DNA of 58,607 bases, filler included, from Sphacelaria rigidula (lineage: Eukaryota), in NCBI GenBank assembly GCA_964200075.2. It is 6 parts of 6 records of this genome, joined end to end, with 100 filler letters (N's around TTAATTAATTAA, not from the genome) between each part and the next. Parts side by side here need not be neighbours in the genome. Positions count along the whole stretch, not along the records: positions 29,356 to 39,040 come from CAXNAA020007970.1; positions 39,141 to 48,824 come from CAXNAA020007971.1; positions 48,925 to 58,607 come from CAXNAA020007972.1; 3 more parts are not named here. One strand, 5' to 3'. Below are positions 37,196 to 48,984 of this stretch, in pieces. Position 1 is the first letter of the stretch, and each line of letters opens with the position of its first letter. The notes under the pieces are model-generated. The model saw nothing but the letters and a program-made list of their open reading frames with translations. It had not been told where the DNA came from and did not search any database. The position numbers and the translations under genes are program-made.

Positions 37196-40100
37196 TGGTA
37201 CAGTACAGTTCAGCTTAGAAAATAAATCCCAAGGACTGTATCGTAAGGTATGAAATCAACTACACTACGAGAATCAACTAATTTTCAGACGAATCATTGT
37301 TTGTCCGACCTTGACGAACTTCTCCCACACAAGCAGGGTACAACTGCCGGTTGTCATTGTTGGGCGCCGCTTGCTCTTTCACCCTCATGGTCGTGTAGGC
37401 GGTAGGGGGCTACGTGAGCCAAGTTCACACCAGTCCATGGGCATTGTTCGATGGGCGCTCTGACATGAACTATAAAAGGACAAGTTTGGCAGCTTACGGA
37501 TGCGGAAAAGTTAGTTTTCCGGAAAACCTCGAAATGGATATCGAACTCGATAATGCAACTGGGTCCCCGGCCGGGCAGCGAAAAAATAAGAAGTCTTCGA
37601 AACAAACGAGGCTTGGGCTAAATGACGACCAGCTGGCGAGTAGAAGAGTCGATCCACGAGGGGCGTATTCAAACGCTAGCTCTTTGCTTCGTCTACTTAC
37701 TCTGTCCTGCACTGTTCATGTTTCTTCACCTTTTTTCAGCGAGTGTTTTCAGTTCCGTTTTCATCTCGGGTACATCCATCATATGGATAATGATCACGAC
37801 TGGATGCCTGGAGGGTCAATGAAATTACGATAATCAATGAATCAATAGCAATGACGTGGCCGCACCGCCCCCTCAAACAGCAATCGATAGCACTTGGCGG
37901 TACCAAAGCTCCAACTCGAAGCAAGTACAGTACCATGTACGTCTTTTTGACTTCGAATTTTCAAGAACTTGGAAATGACTGTTCTTTGCGTAAGACTGCG
38001 CCGCACAAGCGATTCCAAAAGTGCATGCACTTTGAGGGCAGAAAGCGAAGTGAAGCTGTCGCTGGGTGTCCCGTGCGTGCTGTGTTACGGGCGTCTGTAC
38101 GCGATGCTGCTTGCTCTGAAATGCTAGGCCACACGTTTTGCGTCTCTTCAAGCGCCTAGACGCCCACTGGCGACCTTGCACGCTTATTTCGCCGCGACGC
38201 GTTTTCAATCATTTATTTTTCTTCTTTGCCTTCAGGAAAGGGTTGAGATTCTTCCTCGATTTCAAGGGAATGAGAGCAGCAGCTCGGTTGCGATTCAAGG
38301 TGGCGGGCGAATCAGGCACTTGAGTTATTTCATTTTATTCTAAGGATTTCGATTTTCGACATTTTTTCCCCTGTTCTCCGTGGCAAAAGCTGGGGAAGTT
38401 GAAATAATATCGATGCCAGGTTGGCTCAGTTTCATCAGACAGTCGACGCGGTGCCGGAGGAGTACAAGTAGTGCTGATTCAATCTGCGATACTCAAGTGC
38501 AAGGTGTGTACCGGGAGAGAGACGGGCTAATCTCATGTGGAACTATGGATTCGTCTCGACGACGGAGAGGAGTAAGGCCGTGTGTCCATCAATTTTCTTC
38601 GGCTCAAACGAGTTAGTGCGGCGAAATCGGTTTCCTTCATGGTGCTGTGTTTGAGTCCGAGCGACTTTGCACGCTTCCGATGGGAAAAGCTGAGCGAAAT
38701 CTATGAAACGGTACTTGTTCAACTGATTTCAATATAGTTGTCTGCATTGCCTGTACAGAGTGTGCGTGTTTCGTACAGCATGAAGGCATCATGTGAAAAG
38801 GAAGCGGGCAACGTCAAGTACGGACAGCACAGCACAGGGCTGTAGTCTCTGTTCAAGGGAGGATGTGAAGAACATGAACAACGTGCAGATTCGTACTGCC
38901 TCTACTGTCAATCAGCGCGTACGCAATACGGTCGCCTACCTCAACACGCGATTCCGTCGCTGGACACTTCCACAAATCAGATGTCCAAGCTTTCACGGTT
39001 AGGACAAATAATGATTCGTCAGTAAATTACTTGGTTTTAGNNNNNNNNNNNNNNNNNNNNNNNNNNNNNNNNNNNNNNNNNNNNTTAATTAATTAANNNN
39101 NNNNNNNNNNNNNNNNNNNNNNNNNNNNNNNNNNNNNNNNAATGGTTTGATGACTATGGCATGCATGATCATGAGTACCTTCCCCCCCCCCCCCCCCCCC
39201 TCCTTCTCCTCCCCGCCTCGTTCAAGCCCGCCGGCAATACTATTCCGAGCTGAAGCTCGCAGTCCGTGACCTCACAATCGATCCCACAATACTATCTGCA
39301 CTGTACTATACTGTCTGCACTGTCCTCGTGCGCCGTCTAAAATATAGAGGCTATAGATGTACGCTTTGAATTTCAGTTGGCAGCACGAACCAACCGTACG
39401 CCATTCAATGAGGACGGCTACCGCAGCAACATCCATCTCGCAAAATAATTTGTAGCTCGCTGCACTGTACTGTACAGAACAGATCCGACCTGCTATAAAG
39501 GAAATGTTGAATGTCATCATGGAGATGCTGAACCATACCGCTTCATTTTAAAATACGGTATAGGTTGAAAAAGCCTGAGCCTTTCAATGAGCCTGGTGTT
39601 TTCAACAATAATTCGTATCACTCGAGACATAATGTGGGACCCTGAATTTTCTGCTTCAGGTTTCAGAGTTATGACCTGAAATATTGAGAAGAGGGGCACA
39701 TCAACCAGTTGAAGTTCATCATTAGTGTCGACTCGCACCACGACTCGTGACAGAAGACAGGCCAAAAGCCAGTTAAGCTCACAGAATGTGCTTGATGGTC
39801 TTGTGTGCGTTGGCTTTGAGCTCGGAGCGTACACATCGCTCCGTGGCTCCCGAGGCGTATCGACAGTTCAACATGTCTCCGAGAGCGGGCTAGCAGTCAC
39901 CCGAGGAACCTCCCTCGTGGCTAGAAGTTTTCTATGGATAGGACCCATGGGTCTTGCTGGTTCCACTGTAGGTAGAACCATAAGGCATGTTGGGTTCACA
40001 TAAGTGGGATCCACAGAACCGGCGATATTCATTAGGAGATGTTTCTGTTGTTGGAAGATGTTGGTTGTGGTTGCCACCCTAGATGCGATTTGCCCCAACC

Positions 40101-40360
40101 TTTCTGAGTCTGCGTTCTTACCCATCCGCTAGGAGCATCAAGCTACGCATGTATACGTTTTTTCTTTTAATTATACTACTCGCGATATTTTTTTCCTACA
40201 CCGAAGAAACTGTGTGAATCATCGTCGGTCATTCACGGTCGAAGGAGATTTTCTCCTTTCTCACAATCCCCTTTTGAAAGTGGATTGCCTCCATAACGAC
40301 CAGTTTTGAATCCTATCGAGAAGCAGTTTTGTACAGATCGGATCCCAGATCTGCACGCAG

Positions 40361-41825
40361 CAGGGTTGCACATCGGCAATCGACAATCGATGCGATTTCG
40401 ATAAATATCGGCGATACGCCATATCGGTATCGGAGCGTAAAAAACCGATGTATATGATATGTATCAATATCGAATATCAATATCGAATATCGATACGCTC
40501 GATTTTTGGTCCTTTTTTCGTCACATTGGCTCAATTTCCCGAAACCGTCGTCACAGGAAACGTAGAGGGGGTGGTACATGGACGATTCTAACCCGAGGTC
40601 CAAGAAAAGATTGCGCTCTTCCACATGAGCAGTCACCGCAGTAACCAACTTGCTTCTTTCTGTGTGTTCGGCATTTCCGCAGTGTTTACATGTTGCACTT
40701 GCGAGTATTGCTGTCGAGCGGTTGCACGGTGTGCAAATGGATGCTGTATCTATTCGTAGGATAGGAGGCGACAGAGTAACCGCTGGTGCCTCGTGGGTTT
40801 GGTGATTCGATTCAGCGGGGGTGTTCACCAACGGCAACATACGGGTGGCGTGGCGGAGTAGATATGAGGTCACGATCAATGCAAAGCTGCAGATAACAGT
40901 AGAAAACAGCTGTCCTTTGGAGTATGAGGAGATGGTACTGTCGCTTCGCCTTTCCTTCATGTTTGACGAGTGTTGGATTTATTTTTCCCTCCATCCATTA
41001 GTCTGGACATCCTAATTGTTGCAAGCTTGATGTTTTTTCTTCTTGGTGACATACACACATACACACATATAGATATATTTGGCATTCAAAAATGAAAACT
41101 TGACGCATGCTGCCGACGCTTCCTGTTGTTGATGGTGAAGGACGTTGAAAAACAGAACGCGCATTTGAGTTTGTGTATGTTCGAGGTTTGACACGTTTTC
41201 TTTTCTCATGAATATGCAGAGTCGAGGTAAGCGCTCATTTGATCGAAACACACGGAATAGTGGCCGTAAAAATGAAAACAGTATAACCAATACCACAACC
41301 GGCCCGCTGTGATCAACTACTTCTTGCACAATGACGGAAGATATTCGTAAGACAGCTGTATCACCGCATGCCGCCGCTGCTATGTCAGCTTGCCCACTCC
41401 CCGCTGCTGTACGTCATATGTCCACTCCCATCCACTGGAGACTACCGTAGGTTGCTTAAGATAACACATCCTCAGGAGCGGTTTTCAAAGCTCGATTACT
41501 CTCTCTCGACGAGATGGTTGCAACGCCGCCCAGTTCAGCCCTGGCATCGCTTCTGTTGAGGAGTAAGTGAGCTTTGAAAATCTGTCTAGGGGATGTGGTA
41601 TCTTATGTGACCTACAATAGTGAGTGAGGGTGTCAGTGTGCCAGTGTACTACTCGGTATTATACACTGTGGCTATACCAAAACAGCCGTATCGTATCGAA
41701 TATCGATACTCGATACGTATCGTGTCATTTTCGGAATATCTACAAAAACATCGGTATCGGCGGTTGTGGTTCGATATTCTAAGAGTATCTATCGAAATTT
41801 ATTCTCGGCCCAATATGCAACCCTG
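40361..41825. mobile_element. Non-autonomous hAT element with a perfect 8-bp TSD
   Basis: GCACGCAG|CAGGGTTGCA ... TGCAACCCTG|GCACGCAG, with ATCG/CGAT subterminal arrays at both ends. Confidence 0.9.
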
Positions 41826-42477
41826 GCACGCAGGTTCAGAAATGCGGCGGGTCTGGAAGTGGTCGTTGGTGCAAGGTCTGTGTAATGCTACAGACAAGAC
41901 ACACCAAGGCAACACAACACCTAAACACCCAGCCCCGAAAAAACGCGCAGATACCCACCATTCACGCGCATTAGTTCCACCCCTAGCCCTTGCTAAGGTC
42001 ACCCGGTAATCTTTGTTTGACTGAAATCCGTTCTGTATTGGACGAATGGCGGCCGCGTGCTTGTCAAGAACAACCGAAAACGTGTCGTTGCTGACCATTT
42101 GTAAGCGTGTGCTGTGCGCGCGTCTCACACGAATAATCATTTCTCAATGAATTCTGAACAGATTCGAGCAAGGTCATGGACAACGTGCACAGCTTGTGAG
42201 CAGCTACGGCTCGAGCTATGTGTTTTTGGTTTGCGGGGGCACCAAGTTCCTCAGGTTCAGCTCTGATTTTGTTGGGTTGTGTGTTAAGCCTTAGCATATG
42301 CCTCTGTCAACCGGACATGTATGTCGCCTTTCGAGATGTCCGGAAATCCCCTTCTCAAAAAGGGACCTCTGGGAGCGTTTTGGGGCTTTTTTCTTGGGGG
42401 TGGGGGGCGGGTGGTATCGCAGCGACCAACCAGCGGTCATTTTTTCAAAACAAGGGTTTTGAGAAAGGGGAAAACCC

Positions 42478-43001
42478 TTGGCTTTTGTTCCCTATGTGCG
42501 CATTTAAATTTGCATAAACGGGGTTTTGCGCAAAACTTACGCGTTTTTTTTAAAACATATGTTCTTCGATATTTTAGTATAACGAAGGCATAAAAGCCAA
42601 GTTTTACGCATAACTTGGGGCATATGGTACTCCGACAGGATTACGCACCCCATCCCCAGCAGCTAGTAGCTGCCTACAGGTGCTCCATGTGGCGTGGCTC
42701 GTAGTGTCGTGGTGTTTGTGTTCGTAGTTTCTGTTTTTGAACTTCGCTGCGGGTCTGATACCGGTTGTTGTGCTATATGTAAACTACTTTATCTGAATGT
42801 GAAATTGATTAAATAAATGCGTCATATTTCACAAAAGACAGCGGCTCTCGCCCCAACAAGGACGCGAAACACGCGCATAAGTCGCGCATATTCCACCAAA
42901 ATGCGCATAAAACGGCACATAATTTTCACTTCAGGGCATAAAAATAAGAGCAATGACACGCATTAAAAAAACAAAAAATGCGCATAAGAAACAAAAGCCT
43001 A
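42478..43001. mobile_element. hAT-like MITE nested in another repeat
   Basis: TTGGCTTTTGTT..AACAAAAGCCTA termini, GCATAA subterminal motifs, and flanks GAAAACCC / GAAAATCC. Confidence 0.75.
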
Positions 43002-43464
43002 GAAAATCCCCTTCGATAAGGGCACTCAGGCCAAGAGAGATCAACAGGGTACAGGGTACAGTTACACGAAACCTACCCATTGTGTTACTCTTTTAGCTAC
43101 TGTACTGTTTTCTCCGGAGTACTACTGGGAGCCAACCTGATGAATTCCATTCCTCATCTACCTGAATCTCATCAGCGGGCCGGACCCGGGTCCGTCAAAC
43201 GGCGACAGTAACGGTACAGGATCACTATGGTAGAGCCAGTCGGTACACAACGTACTAATACAATACAAAGATCACGTTGTAATATGGGTACTGTGCAGTA
43301 GTACAACAGTAACAACGTTACACTAGTACTCGTGGGTGTATACAAGACAAGACAGCGCCGCGTCGCACCCTGGTGCTGCAACTCGGAGCTTCAAGGGCCC
43401 AGATCAAGCCATGAAAGCCTACCGACAACTGTATATCTAGCTTCGCGTTTCCAGGCGCTCTCAC

Positions 43465-43644
43465 CATGATCTGCTGTTTTTTTGCGTTTGTCTTGATCGC
43501 TTTTCGCATGCTTGATGGCGCGTGGCAGTCGATAGTGGGCTTCATCTTGGCGAGTCTCAGGCGATGGTTATCTTGACATTTCTGTACGTGTCGCTCGTAA
43601 CAAGCCTTATTTTGTACAGGCATCGCGCGCCGTGCTCTGTCCAT
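43465..43644 (-). CDS. Exon 1 of a CFAP97/KIAA1430-domain (flagella-associated) protein
   Basis: MDRARRAMPVQNKACYERHVQKCQDNHRLRLAKMKPTIDCHAP..NAKKQQIM|GTGAGA matches the family N-terminal pattern H..r...mKp.iD...P...n.KK.q. Later exons not securely found. Confidence 0.75.
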
Positions 43645-43949
43645 GCTGTCTACGTACCTCCGAATTCGAAGCCTTCAACGATGATCAGAAATAGCCCTGC
43701 AAAAGTATCCGGTAGTGTACGATAGCTGTGCTCTACATGTACAGACAGTGATGCTGTCTTGAATGTAACGGTAATATTTTGCTCATCCTACATCCCGCTT
43801 TTTTATAATACATGAGCAGGATACCCGTTTTTTCAACGAGGGTACCCGTGGAATCTCGAATCCTTCTGACAGTTGGATCGCGTGGCAGTCAAATGATATG
43901 GGATTTTCCACCACATTATAATGCCCAACAACAGTGGAGAGCGATTGTT

Positions 43950-44800
43950 ATGTCGTGGGTACATGAAATCGAAATTCGGCTTAACGGTCAGCAAGGGAAA
44001 ACGATTGCTGAACCCCTCTTGGGATAAAATATAAGCGAAACACCGCAGAAGTAAGGTGGAGTATACTAAAAAACAAGGAAAAAAGCAATTGAAAATTCCT
44101 GTGTTGGCCTTCCTCCTGTGTGACCCCGGCTGGTGCGCCCTCATATACCGAAACGTGTAGACTGGGACCTAGAATAGACGAGATGACAACACATACCACA
44201 CACACAACACACCCTGGCTGTCAAAGGACGAAGCCCTGAACTATCTCATCTTGCCCAACGAGGACTGCGGAGGAATTTTGGGATATCCATGATACCGTGA
44301 CTTCCACCTCAACGTGAAAAATCCGCGTAATGTCCAGTGATAATCACACGTCAAAATAGCGTCAGAGACGCTCGCGCCACGAACCGCCTGGAAGGCAGCA
44401 GGACGGACTTACAAAAATAGTGCCTACTTCACAAACATCAACCAGGTGTGAAAAGTCAAGCATGTGCTTCACCCCTACTTGGCACTGTTCCATGTTTTCC
44501 ACTATCTCTCGGCAGCTACGTGGAACGGAATGCGGACACATTCATTCACAGAGCTCGTGTTCATTGATGTTAATGTTTTCGTGAGATTGAGAGTGGATGT
44601 GTGTGTGTTGTCGTCCCATTTATTTTGGGCGCCGGTCTTCACCTTTCGGTAGTACTATATGTGGGCGCACCAGCCGGGGTCACACAGGAGCCTTTCCCTT
44701 TTGTTTTTTTTAGTACCACGCCTTCCTTCTGCGGTGCTTGCCTTTTCTTTTATCGCGAGAGGGGTCAAGCACTCCTTTTCCCTCGTCGACCGTGAAGTCA
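43950..44800. repeat. Two divergent copies of the dispersed repeat GGGCGCACCAGCCGGGGTCACACAGGAG.. (about 43950-44210 minus, 44574-44800 plus)
   Basis: A third copy lies at about 56176-56400 on the plus strand. Confidence 0.8.
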
Positions 44801-44808
44801 AATTTATC

Positions 44809-45027
44809 CACGGTTAGGACAAATCACCACGACTCAAAATCACCAAATTCACGATTTCTTCTGCATGATTGGCCGAAAGGGAGGAAAAAGTTGACCGCTG
44901 GTCCANNNNNNNNNNTGTACCTGGGTTGTCACGCTGAAATGAGTCATGGGGCTTCATTCATCACGAGTCAACTGATTGTACTAAAACCAAGTAATTTCCT
45001 TACGAATCATTATTTGTCCTAACCGTG
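44809..45027. mobile_element. P/hAT-type MITE with a perfect 16-bp TIR and 8-bp TSD
   Basis: AATTTATC|CACGGTTAGGACAAAT ... ATTTGTCCTAACCGTG|AATTTATC (contains a 10-N gap). Confidence 0.9.
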
Positions 45028-45120
45028 AATTTATCACACACTCTCAGTTAGCGCTCTACTGTCAATCTTATATACACTTTGTATTATGTGTAAAAGATGC
45101 TTTCATCGGGGGAATATCAT

Positions 45121-45432
45121 CATACGGGCACGAGTGTCACTCGTGGCACTCGCACTCGTTGGCCAAAGATTGAAAAGGGCGAGCACTCGAATCATTGCTG
45201 GTTGTGAAAAACATGAATAGGGCGAGCACTCGAGTCATCGTTGTGCAAAACATTAACAAGGCGTGCACTCGAGTCATTGCTCGTTGTGGAAAAATGAATA
45301 GGGCGAGCACTCGAGTCATCGCTCGTTGCAAAAAAAAGTAATGACTTGAGCGCACGAGTCATGCTCGTTGTGTTTTCGAAAAACATCCACGAGTGCACTC
45401 GTCTCGACGAGTGATGACTCGTCCGACGTATG
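45121..45432. mobile_element. MITE with an internal tandem array of about 40-nt units (GGGCGAGCACTCGAGTCATTGCTCGTTG)
   Basis: CATACG..CGTATG termini and about 5 units. Partial copy at about 30025-30120. Confidence 0.6.
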
Positions 45433-45805
45433 AATATTTGACGAGCCCAGCAAGGTATGGAACACGAGACGCTTGTGCAGTATGGACCGATGTCTCTATC
45501 TTGTTCCAATATTTTTTCGGAGGAAAATGCCAAAACGAACGTGGGAAGACTTCTCTGCGGTATCAGAATAGAAGAGCAACACGAGAACAGTTAGTTGGTG
45601 GTCGACGGGGGGTAAGTCTCTTCGAACGGCGTGATAAGCACGCTTATCGAAAAAATTCCCGGAAAGTTATGTCCAGACTTTCTACACAGCAGTCTCCATC
45701 GCCGGTTCATCAACTGTGCAGGGATACAGGTCTCTCTTGGTGTATATACGTCCGCTGGTGACGATTAAGAGTGAGAATGAGACATGGAACAGGGATGGAA
45801 GGGGC

Positions 45806-46290
45806 CCATGGGGAGCGGACGTGGCGACAGAGCTCGCCAAAATCCGTCTCGCCCTACAGGGAGGCCAAGATTTCTGGCTTCCGAGTGCGGCCCGACTATG
45901 TGACTGCTGTTCGGGTTTCATTGGGCTCCACACTCCCTACTCACAATTCGTTAGTGCCTTTAGCGAAAACCCCTCATCACGACGCAAAGCGGCGCTCACC
46001 GAAACATGATTCACGACTCCGATGACAACTGGTCACTGGTCTGGCCGAACTGAGCCAAATCGCGTTGGTCATATGGGAGCGCCGTTTTCATGGTCACCAT
46101 CCACCGGCGTGTTGAGACTGTCGGGAGCGAGGCCTCGTGTTTCTTCGTGGTTGGGTCGGGGAAAACAGGAGCATTCCATCACCGCGACATGAACCCGGCA
46201 CCATGTGACATTTCAGGTGTGAACAACAGCGGTCGGATACTCGATGCGTCGCCAAACGCTCCAACCATGCGTCTTCACGACATCGTATGA
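45806..46290 (+). mobile_element. Relic of an RLE-type (CRE/R2-like) non-LTR retrotransposon
   Basis: KIRLALQGG..LPSAARL..FIG resembles the post-RT LP..GGLGl.sa motif. PCDISG..MRLHDIV resembles the zinc-knuckle/RHD motif. Degenerate. Confidence 0.45.
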
Positions 46291-46836
46291 ATGGAGATCA
46301 CGACATCGTATGAATGGAGATCGAAAATACAGCGAGGTTATGTTCTGTAGAGTATGAGTATACCGTACAGGCTGAAACTGTTGGTAGGGTATTTACACAG
46401 GTTCAACAGGTATTTCATCGCTACATGTCCACCCTGACACGAGTATAACGGATTGTTCGCTACACATTCTGATATGGCATGTTTTTTTTTTGTCGCACCT
46501 CGAACCCTTCCCCTTTCTCGAGACGAGTCCGTGGTCTCAAGGAATCACCCGATCTCTCCCCCGGTATTTAGTATGTCAACCACAATTCCCCACTCCCATG
46601 TGTACCATACAGAACAGTCCTTCATAATATCCACTGTACAACACACGCAGGCCTGCGCACGAAGGCCCCTCAGTTCAAAAATGTGCGACAAAAACCAACG
46701 GTACCCGACAGGACTGTGCAACACAAGGCTCGTGGGGCAGAGCTACGTTTTCAGCGTATGCATAGAGCACTTACCCCCAACCCCAGACTACAACTAGATG
46801 AACATACAATTACGAGAAAAACCCCTTGGAAAACAA

Positions 46837-48442
46837 TCACTCCAGAAGCGCGGCGACCTTCGCTTCCAAAACTGCGGGGTCGCTTCCTCTGTATTCGTCA
46901 GCCTTTTCGCCGCTTCCACCCTTGAGCGCTACGAAGCACGGCACCGCGCTGACGTCATAGTCGTCCGCAAGATCCTCCGCCTCCTCTATGTCGACGGTCA
47001 AGATCTTCAGCTTTGATGCTAGCGGCCCCGAGCCTAGTCGCTCCACTGCCGGCACCATTTTCTTGCAGTTCTTGCACCACCTTTCGACACCGAGAAATCG
47101 AAAAAACAATCGGCGAATACGTCATGGATAGGGGACTGCACAAGCACGTGCCCAACCACACACTCGGCAGTAAATGGAATATTGACAGGTGTCAAAGGAG
47201 CCAAGGTCATTCAGTCACTGCAACTACTCCAGACAGTCCAAAAAAGACTGAGGGCACATCAAGAACGCGATGAGCACCGTCAGCTGAGTACGTCGGCTTC
47301 ATGGACGCAGCCACGCCTGGCCCATTCGATGAGAACTTTTCGCCGCCAACACCGGCTCTTTTGTTTTTCTTGGAAAACGTGAAGCATGAAAGTCGCACAT
47401 GCAGATAAACGCTCGCCACGCGGTATCCTTGCAGCGATTCCCCGGATTCACCTCACACATGTGGGGTGTTTCTTCGATCTGCTTTTGTCTTCTCAGCTAG
47501 TATTTGCTGCGAATGCTCCGTCACACTGCACGAACGGCGTCAAGTCATAAAAACTGCCGTGCTGGGGTCAGCAGCTGGTCAACGAAACCAACCCTCATTC
47601 TCTTGCGTGATGCCACGCCACCAACATCTTCTCGGCAGATTTCGTCAAAATGAATCACACGGTACATAGGGCACAAGGACGAGAGACGCGGGCACCCATT
47701 GCTCTCTCACCCCGCGCCGAAGTCCAAGAGCACCAAGCTCTTTCCTTCCTCTCCCTCCGCCACCGCCTTAGAAACCTCTTCTGCCGTCGTTACGGCAACG
47801 GTTACGCCAGCCTCGTGCTTGAGTTTTTCTGACTTGGGCGGGGCCGCGCCGTCTCCTGAAACGCACAAGGCAGGGAAAGAGTCACCGCTGACACCACACC
47901 GCGTTTACGCCGACACCAGCGCCTTGGAAGCCGATCCAAATAGTATGAAACGACTTCACGCGAACGAAAAACACGACCTCCGAAGCACCTCGTGCGCCTT
48001 GAAATAACGACGTCTGGTGTTTTCTCTACTCCTGTGTTGACAGCACGCACGCGTCTACCCCCCTTGACTTGTCTCCTACAGCCAGCAAAGCCAGCCAGTC
48101 CATTTCCCCCAAGATGGACACGAACATACCTCCACGAGTAGCCCTTGAGGCAAAGTCGATCACATCGTACTTGGGCTCCGCAAGCTGATAAAACGCCACC
48201 GCTTCCACGTAGCAAATTTCGTACCCGTCGGGGTCTCCCAAGATGGTCACGACAACATCTGCCTTCCCTGGTGTTGGTAAGGTCAGCGGGGGAGTGATGA
48301 TGCTGCCGATGGAGGCAGCAGCGGCCGCCGCGTGGATTGGCGGCACGAGGTCGCACGCGAAGGCAATCCGACCCGAGGCGAGGCCGTGGTCTACCGGGGT
48401 GCCAGCGGGCACATCTGGCAGCTGCAGAAGGTCGAGCTTCAC
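46837..48442 (-). CDS. GLOD4: GLOD4-type glyoxalase domain fused to a C-terminal thioredoxin domain; 3' three exons only
   Basis: Exons 48442-48130, 47855-47711 and 47080-46837 with CAG/GTATGT, CAG/GTGAGA and AAG sites, intron phases 1 and 2 consistent. DHGLASGRIAFAC..LPTPGKADVVVTILGDPDGYEICYV is GLOD4-like. VLLDFGAG|WCKNCKKM..TVDIEEAEDLADDYDVSAVPCF is a thioredoxin. Confidence 0.88.
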
Positions 48443-48924
48443 CTGAAATAGCGTGTAGTTGAAGCAACAAAGAGTTGGTGCAGCATAACTTCAATTTCTG
48501 TCGACTGGTAGCATATATACACGTATCTGTTGTTGGTGTTTCGAAACACAGTAGTAATATAAATGGGGGGGGGGGGGGGAAGAAAGGCCATTCTCGTTAC
48601 CTCTGGAAAGACCAACGTTATATTTGTATGGCGGCGCTTCTTCCAACTCGGGATGTTTTCAGGTACGAGTGAAAATTAGATGAAGCTCGTAGGTCATCTC
48701 CTGTCGTCTAGAATAAAGTCGAATGCGACAGTTCCAGCTTGCTTGCTATATATTCGGTGTGTGTGTGTGTGGGGGGGGGTGTACTCATGCTCATGCATGC
48801 CATAGTCATCAGACCATTGACCTCNNNNNNNNNNNNNNNNNNNNNNNNNNNNNNNNNNNNNNNNNNNNTTAATTAATTAANNNNNNNNNNNNNNNNNNNN
48901 NNNNNNNNNNNNNNNNNNNNNNNN

Positions 48925-48984
48925 GGATGCGTGGTCAATGGTCGCACGACTAAGGCAAGCAACACATGAGAACCCCCCCCCCCC
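48925..48984 (+). mobile_element. Type B end of the C/G-tract-anchored repeat
   Basis: GGATGCGTGGTCAATGGTCGCACGACTAAGGCAAGCAACACATGAGAA followed by C12. Second copy at 58558-58607. Confidence 0.75.

Noticed and set aside
45170..45400. CRISPR-like array of about 40-nt units with a palindromic core
   Set aside because: The spacers are short, similar and A-rich rather than unique. There are no cas genes, the context is eukaryotic, and the array lies within MITE-like termini.
47802..48494. 230-aa minus-strand ORF
   Set aside because: Alternative frame over GC-rich GLOD4 exons.
48771..48984. Type A and B ends facing each other across a gap as one complete transposon
   Set aside because: The gap is an artificial linker between size-sorted contigs, so this pairing is not evidence.
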